NCBI GenBank assembly: GCA_963754315.1
Contig: CAVWFS010000008.1
Location: 352,001-416,000, forward strand
Length of the DNA: 64,000 bases
Reading direction: 5' to 3'
From: an uncultured Candidatus Rokubacteria bacterium
GTDB taxonomy: Bacteria; Methylomirabilota; Methylomirabilia; Rokubacteriales; CSP1-6
The position numbers and the translations under genes were made by a program. Positions 19,990 to 29,008 of the stretch are shown piece by piece. How positions within the stretch are numbered: position 1 is the first letter of the stretch; every line of letters begins with the position of its first letter. The notes below the pieces were generated by a model. It was not told the DNA's origin. It did no database searches and saw only the letters and a list, made by a program, of their open reading frames with translations.

Positions 19990-20910
19990 CTACCTCGTGA
20001 GCCGGATGCGCGGATCGATGAACGCGTAAACGATGTCCACGAACAGGTTGATCCCGATGATCATGAAGCCCGCCATGATCACCACGCCCTGCACGAGCGG
20101 GAAGTCCCGCTGGAAGATCCCCTCGTAGAGCAGGCGGCCGATGCCGGGCCAGGCGAAGATCACCTCGATGATGACGGCGGCGTTGACCATGACCACCATG
20201 TTGACCCCCGCCAGGGTGAACACAGGGATCAGCGCGTTCTTGAAGGCGTGCATGGCGATGACCACCACGTCGGGCAGCCCCTTCAGCCGAGCCAGCTTGA
20301 TGTACTCGCTGCCCAGAACTTCCAGCATGCTGGAACGGGTCAGGCGGAGCATGGAGGCGGCGAAGTACCAGCCGAGGGCAAGGGCGGGCATGATGACGTG
20401 CCGCCAGTCTCCGGCCCCCGAGGTGGGCAGCCAGCGAAGCCACACGGAAAACACGAGGATCAACACCAAGCCCAGCCAGAAGCCGGGGATGGAGAGACCG
20501 AGAAGGGCCACCCCCTTGGCCACATTGTCCCACCAGGTGTTGACCTTCACCGCCGAGATGATGCCGGCCGGAATCCCGATCAGTAAAGAGATCAGGGTCG
20601 CGGCCAGCCCCAAGGTCAGCGAGTTGGGCAGACGCTGGAAGTAGAGCTCGCTGACGGGGAGCCGGTAGTTGAAGGACTTGCCGAGCTCACCCTTGAAGGC
20701 GTTACGCATGAAGGTCACGTATTGCACGGGCCACGATCGGTCGAGTCCCCATTGCTGACGGATTCGCTCGAGGTCTTCGGGCCGGGCGCTGGCTTCCGCC
20801 ATCAGGGCTACCGGGTCGCCCGTGAACCGGACGATGAGGAAGATCGTCGCGCTCAGAATCAAGAGGGTGACGATGCTGTAGAGGACCCGGCGAACGATGA
20901 ACTGTCGCAT
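19990..20910 (-). CDS. Peptide ABC transporter permease (OppB/DppB-like)
   Basis: GELGKS, ARLKGL, HAFKNALIP and IEVIFAWPGIG motifs. Confidence 0.93.
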   Translation of the reverse strand: MRQFIVRRVLYSIVTLLILSATIFLIVRFTGDPVALMAEASARPEDLERIRQQWGLDRSWPVQYVTFMRNAFKGELGKSFNYRLPVSELYFQRLPNSLTLGLAATLISLLIGIPAGIISAVKVNTWWDNVAKGVALLGLSIPGFWLGLVLILVFSVWLRWLPTSGAGDWRHVIMPALALGWYFAASMLRLTRSSMLEVLGSEYIKLARLKGLPDVVVIAMHAFKNALIPVFTLAGVNMVVMVNAAVIIEVIFAWPGIGRLLYEGIFQRDFPLVQGVVIMAGFMIIGINLFVDIVYAFIDPRIRLTR

Positions 20911-20925
20911 ACCGAGGCCTCCTGG

Positions 20926-22524
20926 CTACTGGTCCTTCACCTTCAGGTCTTCCCAGGGGTACGCGTAACCGGTGGTGATGGTCGGGAACACGTCCTGCCA
21001 CTTCTGCGCCACCACACGGGGGCCGATGGCGTTGACGAACGCGTGGCGGAAGACGGGCACGAGGTAGTAGTTCTCGAGGATGCCACGCTGGATCTCCTCG
21101 GCCAGCTTCTTGCGCTCGGCGGGATTGACCGACCGCTCGTACTGCTCGAACTTCGTGTCGAGATCTTTCACGCAGACGCGATCGCGCACATTGAAGCCGC
21201 CGCACTTGAAGTGGCCTTCGTACCAGAAAGACCAGCTTCCCCCGATGCGGGCGCCATGCAGAATGATCTGTGTCCCCGGAAATTCCTTGAGACCGCCCTG
21301 CAGGCGCTGGAAGAAGATGCCGCGCTCCATGGTTTGCAGTCGGCCACGGATCCCGACCTCGCGCAGCTGGGCGATGATGCGCTCTCCCCGCGAGTAGAAG
21401 GTGGGCAACGGCGTGACCCACTCCACATCGAAGCCGTTCGGGTAGCCGGCCTCGCGCAGAAGCTGTTTGGCCTTCTCCACGTTGCGTGGGAACTCGGGCC
21501 AGTCGATGGCGTACTGGACATCGTCGTTGATCCAGTTCCCGGTCGGCTTGCCCATGCCCGCCGTCTCCGCCTGGTTCATGGCTCGTCGGTCGATGGCCAA
21601 GCTCACCGCTTCCCGCACCCGCTTATCGCGGAAGGGGTTCTTCGGGTCCTGAAACCCGGGGAACTCTATGAAGAACGAGCCGGATAGGACCGGCGCCAGG
21701 GTCACCCCAGGCAGCTTCCCGACCTTGGCGATCAGCTCGCCCGGGACGTTGTAGATGATGTCTGCCTCGCCCCGCTCCAGCATGGCGACCCGGGTGGACG
21801 CCTCCGGTACCGCGGTCATGACGAGCTGCTTGGTGTGGACAGGACGGTAGTAGCCCTCGAAAGCCTCCATCTCGACCTTCACGCCCGGCTCATGGCGCAC
21901 GAGCTTGAAGGGGCCGGCTCCGATGGGCTTCTGCTTGAAGCCGTCGGCTCCGACCTGCTTGTAGTACTTCTCGGGGACCACCCAGCCGGGCCCGGCCACG
22001 TTGGCCGTCCCGAAGAGGATGGCGAAGTCCAGGAAGGGTTCCTTGAAGACGAAGCGGATCGTACGGTCGTCGACGATCTCGACCCGCTCTGTCTTCTTCT
22101 TGAAGACGTCGGCCTTTGCTCCCCGATAGTTCTCGTAGCTGAACTTGACGTCTTGAGGGGTCACCGGGTCACCGTTGTGGAACTTCGTGCCTTTGCGCAG
22201 GGTAAAGGTGGCGCTCTTGGCGTCGGCGGCGACGGCGAAGCGCTCGGCCAACGCCGGATGGTCGTAGAGGACGGTGCCCTGATTCTTGATGAGGGCATCG
22301 TGCAGGGCGGTGAAGAAGTTGTCAGGAGTGGCGGTGCCGTCGTGCTCCTGCGGGTCCAGCCAGCGGGAGGTAAGACCGGCATGCCAGGCGAGCGTGATCT
22401 TGCCTTTGCCGTTTGCTCCGGCCGGGGACGAGAACGGTCGCACCACGGACCCGACGGCGATCAGTAGCAGGACAATGGGCAGCAGGCGAAACGCATAGCG
22501 CGCCTCGAATCGGGGACGTCTCAT
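20926..22524 (-). CDS. ABC transporter substrate-binding protein, family 5
   Basis: Signal peptide; LRKGTKFHNGDPVT..DVKFS, PIGAGPF and RVREAVSLAIDR motifs. Confidence 0.92.
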   Translation of the reverse strand: MRRPRFEARYAFRLLPIVLLLIAVGSVVRPFSSPAGANGKGKITLAWHAGLTSRWLDPQEHDGTATPDNFFTALHDALIKNQGTVLYDHPALAERFAVAADAKSATFTLRKGTKFHNGDPVTPQDVKFSYENYRGAKADVFKKKTERVEIVDDRTIRFVFKEPFLDFAILFGTANVAGPGWVVPEKYYKQVGADGFKQKPIGAGPFKLVRHEPGVKVEMEAFEGYYRPVHTKQLVMTAVPEASTRVAMLERGEADIIYNVPGELIAKVGKLPGVTLAPVLSGSFFIEFPGFQDPKNPFRDKRVREAVSLAIDRRAMNQAETAGMGKPTGNWINDDVQYAIDWPEFPRNVEKAKQLLREAGYPNGFDVEWVTPLPTFYSRGERIIAQLREVGIRGRLQTMERGIFFQRLQGGLKEFPGTQIILHGARIGGSWSFWYEGHFKCGGFNVRDRVCVKDLDTKFEQYERSVNPAERKKLAEEIQRGILENYYLVPVFRHAFVNAIGPRVVAQKWQDVFPTITTGYAYPWEDLKVKDQ

Positions 22525-22571
22525 CTGTGAGCCTCCACTGGGGAGTCGGTCGCGACGATAGAGAGTGCCGT

Positions 22572-22600
22572 AGGCTAGCCCGAGCCCGGGACCCGGTCAA
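22572..22600 (-). promoter_or_regulatory. Putative sigma70 promoter of the peptide ABC operon
   Basis: TTGACC-17 nt-TAGCCT on the minus strand. Confidence 0.55.
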
Positions 22601-22628
22601 GTTGTGCTGACACCTGCCTGTCGAAAAG

Positions 22629-23822
22629 CTAGACGATGGCCTCGCGTCGGAGACGCTCGATGTCCTCCGGGCCATAGCCGGCTTCGGCGAGGATCTCATC
22701 GGTGTGCTCGCCGAGCGATGGCGGCGCTCGGTCGATGCTCGGGCTGCCATGCGCCAGTCGGAAGCCCGCCCCGACGAGGCGCAGGGGACCGTAGCGCGAG
22801 TCGACCGTCTGCAATACGTCGCGGTGCTTGAGCTGGGGATGCTCCACGATCTCGTCGATCTTCCAGATGCTCGCGCAGGGCACATCCGCCGCGGTGAGCC
22901 GCGACTCCCAGGTCTTGGGGTCATCGGTGGCCAGCGCACCCTCGATGATCTCGCGCAGCGCCGCCACGTTCTCGGTTCGGGCCGCCCAGTCCTTGAACCG
23001 TGGGTCGTCGAGCGCCTCGGGCCGCCCCAAGGTGCGCATGAGGCCGGCGAACTGCTTCTCCGTCAGCACGGCGAGCACGATGAAGCCGTCCTTGGCCCGG
23101 AACCGGCTGGCCGTCGGTTTGCGGCTCACCGAGCCGTTGCCGATTTGCCGCTGCTCGATCCCGGCCACCGTGTACTCGGACACGGGGCCGGGAATGAAGG
23201 CGAGGGCGGCGTCGAGCATGGCCACGTCCACGAACTGTCCGCGGCCGGTGTGCGTACGCTGGTAGAGTGCGCTCGCCACCGCCAGGGCCGCCGTCATGCC
23301 GCCGATCGTGTCACAGATGGCAAACCCCGCCCGCATGGGACCGCCGGCCGGCTCGCCGGTGATGGACATGATGCCCGACATCGCCTGCAGCTTGCCGTCG
23401 AAGGCAGCCGTCGTGCGCTCCGGCCCGGAGTGGCCGAAGCCGGACACGGCACAGTAGATGAGCCGCGGATTGATGGCGGAGAGCACTTCATAGCCGAGGC
23501 CCAGCCTGTCCATGACCCCGGGACGGAAGTTCTCCCACACCACGTCGGCCTTCGCCACGAGCCGCTTGACGACCTCCAGCGCCTCTGGCCGTCGGAGGTC
23601 GAGCGTGATACTACGCTTGTTGCCGTTCACGGCCATGAACGACGGCGGCAGCTTCCGTGCCGCCCATTCTTTCGAGATGAGCTGCGCGCGCGTCTCGTCA
23701 CCGTCACGGGATTCGATCTTGACCACGTCGGCGCCGAGGAGGGCGAGCTGGTAGGTGCCGTAGGGACCCGCCAGATACCGGGTGAGGTCGAGGATGCGGA
23801 CCCCCGCGAAGGGTTTGCTCAT
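22629..23822 (-). CDS. CaiB/BaiF family III CoA-transferase
   Basis: LDLTRYLAGPY, GADVVKIE, NKRSITLDL, ENFRPG and GEHTDEIL motifs; GGAGG SD; ATGA overlap with the upstream gene. Confidence 0.92.
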   Translation of the reverse strand: MSKPFAGVRILDLTRYLAGPYGTYQLALLGADVVKIESRDGDETRAQLISKEWAARKLPPSFMAVNGNKRSITLDLRRPEALEVVKRLVAKADVVWENFRPGVMDRLGLGYEVLSAINPRLIYCAVSGFGHSGPERTTAAFDGKLQAMSGIMSITGEPAGGPMRAGFAICDTIGGMTAALAVASALYQRTHTGRGQFVDVAMLDAALAFIPGPVSEYTVAGIEQRQIGNGSVSRKPTASRFRAKDGFIVLAVLTEKQFAGLMRTLGRPEALDDPRFKDWAARTENVAALREIIEGALATDDPKTWESRLTAADVPCASIWKIDEIVEHPQLKHRDVLQTVDSRYGPLRLVGAGFRLAHGSPSIDRAPPSLGEHTDEILAEAGYGPEDIERLRREAIV

Positions 23823-24733
23823 GCCTCCTCGCGCTTGCCCCGGGCGACGGCCTTCACCGCGTCGAACTCCTTGCGGCGCTCGGCGATCTCCGCGGGGGTG
23901 AGCTTGGAGAGGTTGGAGAAGTCGAGCTTCCAGGACGGGTCGTCGAGCCACCGGAGGGGCGACTGGACCGTCGTGCGGGCGGCCGGAGCGGATTCCAGGA
24001 GTCGGAGCGCCAGCTCCAGGGTGGCCGCCTGCGACTCGGTGTCGAACGGGCGCCCGGCGGAGTTCCCGAGCGGGAAATCGCTGAACAGGAAGCGCGGGAC
24101 CCCGCAGTGCTCGACGATGTCCTTGGCGCACCCCATGATCACCGTAGGCAGGCCGTTGGCTTCCAAGTGCCTGGCCACCAGACTCACGGTCTGGTGACAC
24201 ACCGGTCAGTTGGGGACAAGCAGCGCCGCGTCGGCGTCATCTTCCCGGCACCGTCGGAGGAGCTCCGGGGCGTCCGTCTCCATGGTGACCCGATGGCTCC
24301 GGTTCGTTGGCGCCCCGTGAAAGCGCGCTGTCAGCGCAGCGATTCTGCCAGCCTTGACGGCCTCCTGCAGACGTCGCAGGGGCAGCCAGGTGTTGGGATC
24401 CGCCGCCGTGGTGTGGATGCGGTCATAGCCGACGTGCGAGATGCGCACGTCGGGCACTGCATCGGTCGCCTCGGAGTACACCGTGTAGAACTTGGCGGCT
24501 GCGTTGTAGGGCGCGCCGGGCCCCTGCTCACCGAGACCGGGCTGATACGGGGCGGCCGTCGTGATCAACGCCAGCCGTGTCCGTGCCAGGGGGACCGTGA
24601 GCGGCGTAAAGGGTACGTCGACGTAATGTGCCCAGCGATACGGGTTGTCATAGCCGAGCGTCAGGTAGTAGTCGCGAGTTCGCTGCATGTACGGGATGGG
24701 GACGTCGTGCTCGGCGACAACCGTCATCAGCAT
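23819..24733 (-). CDS. PrdB/GrdB-like (glycine/betaine/sarcosine/D-proline reductase B family) selenoprotein, Sec at TGA 24206-24208
   Basis: ORFs 24206-24733 and 23819-24202 are in one frame, joined by AAC TGA CCG GTG TGT (N-U-P-V-C); FTPLTVPLARTRLALITTA, CHQTVSLVARHLEANGLPTV and VPR...FPLG motifs; hairpin follows the UGA. Confidence 0.88.
24167..24205 (-). promoter_or_regulatory. Putative bacterial SECIS element
   Basis: After UGA: ccg gugu GUCACCAGAC-CGUGA-GUCUGGUGGC cag gcac; apical loop starts 17 nt after UGA with G at loop position 2. Confidence 0.75.
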
Positions 24734-24769
24734 CTCTCCAGTCAGCAGACGGCGATGTTCATCGTCCCC

Positions 24770-25717
24770 TCAGGCGGGGAAGATGCGCGTAACCACGTCG
24801 CGGGCGCGGGCTGGGTCGACCCCGCTCGCCTGCTGGCAGGGGGTCATCTCGGCCAAGACGCGCTCCGGGTCCTTCCAGAGCCGGTACTTCTTGTAGGTAT
24901 CCTCGAACTCGATGTCGAGTCCCCTGGCAAAGACGGAGAGGTAGTGCTCGATGGCGAGCGGTTGTTCCTCCTCGAAGTGACAGGTCATGCGCTGGCAGCC
25001 GTGATAGATCGTGGCCATGGTGGTGGCGCCGGCGGCGGCTGCCTGCGCCAGCTCGTTTCGGACCAGTGTGTTCCAGCCGTCGACGCCGAGTTGCTCGTGG
25101 GACGTGGGGCCGCATGAGCGACCGAAAGCGAGGGTCGGCGCGATATCGACGTACTCGATGCCAGGCAATGCTTCCAGCAGTTGACGGCACGCCGCCCCCT
25201 CGCGCTGCCGTGCCTCACCGACCGCGTGACGGTGCAGGGCCACCCGCGCCTCGACCCGGCGGCTGAACTGCAGCCGGGGTAGCTGATCGACGAGGAACTC
25301 GGTCGTGTGGCGCACCCGGAACGGCAGGCGCTGCTGGAGCACGTCGTCGTAAAAGTGAATGCAGGACGGGCACCACATCACGACCTCGTCCGGTCGGTAG
25401 CGCTTGAACAGCTCGACCGTGCGGTGACTCATCCCTTCCCCGGCGGCCGTGTCACCGTTGCGGTGATGGACGATGCCGCAGCAGTAGGCGGCGCCGCCCA
25501 CGGCCACGTAGTCCAGGCCGAGCTGGTCGAAGAGGGCGGTGATGGTGCGGACCATGTGAGACGTCCGCAGCACGTTACAGCCGAGATAGAGAACGATGGC
25601 GTGAGGCTCCGGGTCGCGTTCGGGGGCCGTGAGGCGCCAGCGCCGCTCGTCGGGCGTGGTCATGAGGTCGTGCAGCACACGCAGCTCGCCGAAGTACTTG
25701 CCGTAGTCGAAGGTCAT
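24770..25717 (-). CDS. CCG-domain (HdrB/GlpC-like) Fe-S binding protein
   Basis: YLGC, YCCG and WCPSC motifs; degenerate second repeat SCG..YHGC. Confidence 0.8.
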   Translation of the reverse strand: MTFDYGKYFGELRVLHDLMTTPDERRWRLTAPERDPEPHAIVLYLGCNVLRTSHMVRTITALFDQLGLDYVAVGGAAYCCGIVHHRNGDTAAGEGMSHRTVELFKRYRPDEVVMWCPSCIHFYDDVLQQRLPFRVRHTTEFLVDQLPRLQFSRRVEARVALHRHAVGEARQREGAACRQLLEALPGIEYVDIAPTLAFGRSCGPTSHEQLGVDGWNTLVRNELAQAAAAGATTMATIYHGCQRMTCHFEEEQPLAIEHYLSVFARGLDIEFEDTYKKYRLWKDPERVLAEMTPCQQASGVDPARARDVVTRIFPA

Positions 25718-25746
25718 GTCGGGTAGCTTATCATTCGAAGCCGCGC

Positions 25747-26496
25747 TCAGACAGGTCGGCGGTGCACGCGGATGCCGTCGTCGAGCGAGCAGTCGATCCG
25801 GAGAACCATGCCCTCCCGTTGTCGGTCTTCCCACTCGCGTCCGGGGGCGCCGGCATAGTACGCGGCGGTCTGACCCTGGCTGACGTCTGTCTGGACGTGC
25901 TGGTGACCGAGGGCGATGTAGTCCCAGCCGCTGTCACGAATCTCGTCGGCAAATATCGGTGACGACCGCTCCGGTCGCTGCCGCTCCGGATAGAAGAAAC
26001 CGTGCCCCATGGCCAGGCACCAGCGCCGGTCGTCACGGCGCGGGATATGGGCGAGCGGCTGAAAGGCGGGCTCATGCTCTTGCATGGCACGGCCCCACAC
26101 GACCACCTCGAGCTCGGGAAACTCGATGATCTCCCCGCCGAGTTGGCGAATCACATGAACGTGGGGTGCCCCCGCGGTGAAGTCGGGCCGGTCGTAGATG
26201 GCATCCGGCTGCAAGGCGTCGTGGTTGCCCGGCAGGATGACGACTGGCTGACGGAGCCGATTGAGCTCCCGCCGCACAAAGGCGACCATGTCGTCGGGCA
26301 CGCGATTGTGGTCGAAAAGGTCACCCGCGACCAGGAGCAGATCGACCTCGTCCGCCTGGGCTCGGTCGACGATGCGCTGGAAGAGACGCCGGCTTTGCTC
26401 CTGGTGCGCGGCCTGCTGGTCGGGATCGCCGTAACCATCGCTGCCCAGATGCACGTCGGCTGTGTGAAGAACTCGCAGGGGTCGGTGGCTGCCCAC
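25747..26496 (-). CDS. Metallophosphoesterase (SbcD/Mre11-like nuclease domain)
   Basis: LHTADVHLG, AGDLFD, PGNHD and YIALGHQH motifs; start 26496 or 26514. Confidence 0.85.
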   Translation of the reverse strand: MGSHRPLRVLHTADVHLGSDGYGDPDQQAAHQEQSRRLFQRIVDRAQADEVDLLLVAGDLFDHNRVPDDMVAFVRRELNRLRQPVVILPGNHDALQPDAIYDRPDFTAGAPHVHVIRQLGGEIIEFPELEVVVWGRAMQEHEPAFQPLAHIPRRDDRRWCLAMGHGFFYPERQRPERSSPIFADEIRDSGWDYIALGHQHVQTDVSQGQTAAYYAGAPGREWEDRQREGMVLRIDCSLDDGIRVHRRPV

Positions 26497-26513
26497 CCCT
26501 GCAGCATGCCACA

Positions 26514-26541
26514 TTGACAGGCCTCGGTGCGTCCGCATAAT
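26514..26541 (+). promoter_or_regulatory. Putative sigma70 promoter (leaderless)
   Basis: TTGACA-16 nt-CATAAT, 6 nt before ATG 26548. Confidence 0.6.
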
Positions 26542-26547
26542 GCCGCC

Positions 26548-26982
26548 ATGACTCCTCCATCCGCGACGCCCGAGCAGTGGCTTCACGCCTTCGAGTCGGC
26601 GGTGCGCGCCCGGGACTTCGCCGGCGGCCGTACGATGTTCGCCACCGACGCGGTAGCCTTCGGCACCTGGGCCCGCGCGGTCAGCGGGCTCGACAATATC
26701 GTTCGCGAGCAGTGGCAGAACGTCTGGCCCCGCATCCGCGACTTTCAGTTCGAGGCGGACGCTCGTATTCGAACCTCCGGTGACACCGCCTGGATCGCGG
26801 TGGGCTGGCAGACAGAAGCGACCGGTCCCGATGGCCGTCCGTTCGCCCGTCCCGGCCGCGGCACCTTCGTGCTGGAGCGGCGAGAGGGAAAATGGCTCGC
26901 CGTGCACAGCCACTTCTCCCTGCTACCTTCCCAGTCCGAGACAGCCCACGGGCGGCTCCCCGGCGGCGCCGCGCCTGCATGA
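26548..26982 (+). CDS. NTF2/SnoaL-like family protein
   Basis: RGTFVLERREGKWLAVHSHFS C-terminal motif. Confidence 0.8.
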   Translation: MTPPSATPEQWLHAFESAVRARDFAGGRTMFATDAVAFGTWARAVSGLDNIVREQWQNVWPRIRDFQFEADARIRTSGDTAWIAVGWQTEATGPDGRPFARPGRGTFVLERREGKWLAVHSHFSLLPSQSETAHGRLPGGAAPA

Positions 26983-27476
26983 CCAGCGTGCGGGTACGGC
27001 CCGCCCAGCCCTCGGACGCGGCGATCCTGGCCGAGATGGCCAACGACCTCAACGACCACGTCGAGATCCACGGGCGGCCGTTCACGCCTGAGACGATCCG
27101 TGCCGATGGTTTCGGCCCCCACGCCGGCTTTTCGGCGCTGGTCGCCGAAGTGGAGGGCGCCGTCGTTGGTTACGCCTTCTTCGCGATGGGCTACAACACC
27201 GATGTGGCCGCCCGCTCCATGTGGCTTCACGATCTGTTCGTGGCGCCGGCGGCCCGACGCTCGGGGGTCGGATCCGCCCTCATGGCGGCGGTGGCGCTGG
27301 AGACGACTCGGGTCGGCGCGGTGTCACTGGAGTGGGGGGTGCATAGCGCGAACACCGGGGCGCTGGAGTTCTACCGGCGGCTGGGCGCGGGAGGCGCCGA
27401 GGTGCGGATCATGGGCATCGACGGCGACCGTCTGCGTGCTCTGGCGGCGGCCGTCCCACGGGTGACGGCGCGTTGA
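26979..27476 (+). CDS. GNAT family N-acetyltransferase
   Basis: LHDLFVAPAARRSGVGSALM and N.GALEFYRRLG motifs; ATGA overlap. Confidence 0.88.
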   Translation: MTSVRVRPAQPSDAAILAEMANDLNDHVEIHGRPFTPETIRADGFGPHAGFSALVAEVEGAVVGYAFFAMGYNTDVAARSMWLHDLFVAPAARRSGVGSALMAAVALETTRVGAVSLEWGVHSANTGALEFYRRLGAGGAEVRIMGIDGDRLRALAAAVPRVTAR

Positions 27477-27503
27477 CCTTCTCGTGATGATGCAATAGCA
27501 TCA
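27473..27503 (+). promoter_or_regulatory. vapBC promoter with palindromic operator
   Basis: TTGACC-17 nt-TAGCAT; inverted repeat TGATGC-AATA-GCATCA (27488-27503) overlaps the -10. Confidence 0.7.
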
Positions 27504-27508
27504 GATGC

Positions 27509-27748
27509 ATGCGCACCACACTGAACATCGATGACGATGTGCTGGGGGCCGCCAGGGAACTCGCACGGCGCGAGAAGAAAACGGCGGGCCAGGTGATGTC
27601 CGAACTGGCTCGGCGGGCCTTGGCCGCGTCGCCCCGGGGCCTCGGCGGCGACGCGAAGGCCGTGCACGGCCTTCGCCCATTTCCAAGGCGCGGGGGGCTC
27701 GTGACCAATGAACTGATCGATCGACTGCGCGAAGAGGATGCCTATTGA
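27509..27748 (+). CDS. vapB: VapB-type antitoxin (RHH/CopG-like)
   Basis: MRTTLNIDDDVL..ARELA...GQVMSELARRAL; overlaps the PIN toxin start by 4 nt. Confidence 0.85.
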   Translation: MRTTLNIDDDVLGAARELARREKKTAGQVMSELARRALAASPRGLGGDAKAVHGLRPFPRRGGLVTNELIDRLREEDAY

Positions 27749-28176
27749 CCCAGGCCTTGCTGGATGTCAACGTCCTGATCGCGCTGCTGGACTCCGATCA
27801 CTCGCTGCACCGACCGGCGCGGGATTGGTTTAGCCGCAATGCGCCGAACGGCTGGACGTCGTGCCCCATCACCCAAAACGGCTGTGTCCGCATCATGTCT
27901 CACCCAAGCTATCCGAACGCACTGCCGGTGCGTGCGGTCATGGAGCGCCTGCGCGAGGCGACTCAGAATCCCTACCACGAGTTCTGGGCCGACCACGTGA
28001 GTCTCCTGGACCCGCACGTCGCCGATGTGGGACGCATTCACGGGCCTCGACAGCTGACTGATCTATACCTTCTCGCCCTCGCGGTCAGCCGAGGCGGCCG
28101 GTTCGTGACGTTCGACGCCGGCCTGCCGATGAGCGCGATTGAGGGAGCCGATCGGCGGCATCTGGTTGTCTTGTAG
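27745..28176 (+). CDS. vapC: VapC PIN-domain ribonuclease toxin
   Basis: LLDVNVLIAL, CPITQNG, QLTDLYLLALA and VTFD motifs. Confidence 0.9.
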   Translation: MTQALLDVNVLIALLDSDHSLHRPARDWFSRNAPNGWTSCPITQNGCVRIMSHPSYPNALPVRAVMERLREATQNPYHEFWADHVSLLDPHVADVGRIHGPRQLTDLYLLALAVSRGGRFVTFDAGLPMSAIEGADRRHLVVL

Positions 28177-28199
28177 GGCGAGAACAAGGAGCGTTGACC

Positions 28200-28982
28200 A
28201 TGAAATGGTGCCGATTTCAATCGGGACGGAACGTGGCGTATGGCGTCATCGAGGACAACACCGTGACCGCCGTCACCGGGAGCCCCTTCGAGGATCATGC
28301 GCGGACGTCGACGACAGTGCCCCTGAGCGGTGTGAAGCTGCTGGTGCCGGTGATTCCCCCCACCTTCTACGCGGCCGGCGTCAACTACCGCGAGCACGTG
28401 ACCGAGATGGCCCACCGCCGTGGAGTGAAGCCGGAGTTCCCGCCCCAGGCCGACGTCGGCTACCGCGCCAACAATGCGCTGATCGCCACCGACGAGGCCA
28501 TCGTCATTCCCAAGGATGCGGGGGACCAGGTCCAGTACGAAGGCGAATTGGTGGCGGTGATCGGCAAGCGCTGCAAGCGCGTCTCCGAGGCAGCCGCCCT
28601 CGACTACGTCTTCGGCTACACGATCGGCAACGACGTGAGCGAGCGCACCTGGCAGCGCGGCGACCGCACGTTCTGGCGCGGGAAGAACACCGATACCTTC
28701 AAGCCGATGGGGCCGTGGATCGTCACCGGCCTCGATCCCGACGATCTGCGTGTGACGATCCGGCTCAACGGCAAGGAGATGTTCTCCTACGCGGTCAAGG
28801 ATGCCATCTTCGGCGTGCGCCAGTTCATCAGCCGCATGAGCCAGTACCTGACCCTCCATCCCGGTGACGTGCTGTGGATGGGCACCGATGGTGCGACGGA
28901 GAACATGAAGGACGGCGACGTGGTGGAGGTGGAGGTCCCCGGCATCGGGGTGTTGCGCAATCCGGTCCGCAGAGAACGCTAG
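28200..28982 (+). CDS. Fumarylacetoacetate hydrolase family protein
   Basis: GVNY, YEGEL, GYTIGNDVSER, GKNTDTF.PMGPWI and PGDV..MGT motifs. Confidence 0.9.
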   Translation: MKWCRFQSGRNVAYGVIEDNTVTAVTGSPFEDHARTSTTVPLSGVKLLVPVIPPTFYAAGVNYREHVTEMAHRRGVKPEFPPQADVGYRANNALIATDEAIVIPKDAGDQVQYEGELVAVIGKRCKRVSEAAALDYVFGYTIGNDVSERTWQRGDRTFWRGKNTDTFKPMGPWIVTGLDPDDLRVTIRLNGKEMFSYAVKDAIFGVRQFISRMSQYLTLHPGDVLWMGTDGATENMKDGDVVEVEVPGIGVLRNPVRRER

Positions 28983-29008
28983 TCACACTCGGCGAGCGAC
29001 GTTTCCCT

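Noticed and set aside
22629..24200. 523-aa extended CoA-transferase
   Set aside because: The extension overlaps the selenoprotein in another frame; the SD and family motifs support a start at 23822.
23819..24202. Separate 127-aa gene or nonsense pseudogene
   Set aside because: It is better explained as the C-terminal part of the selenoprotein.
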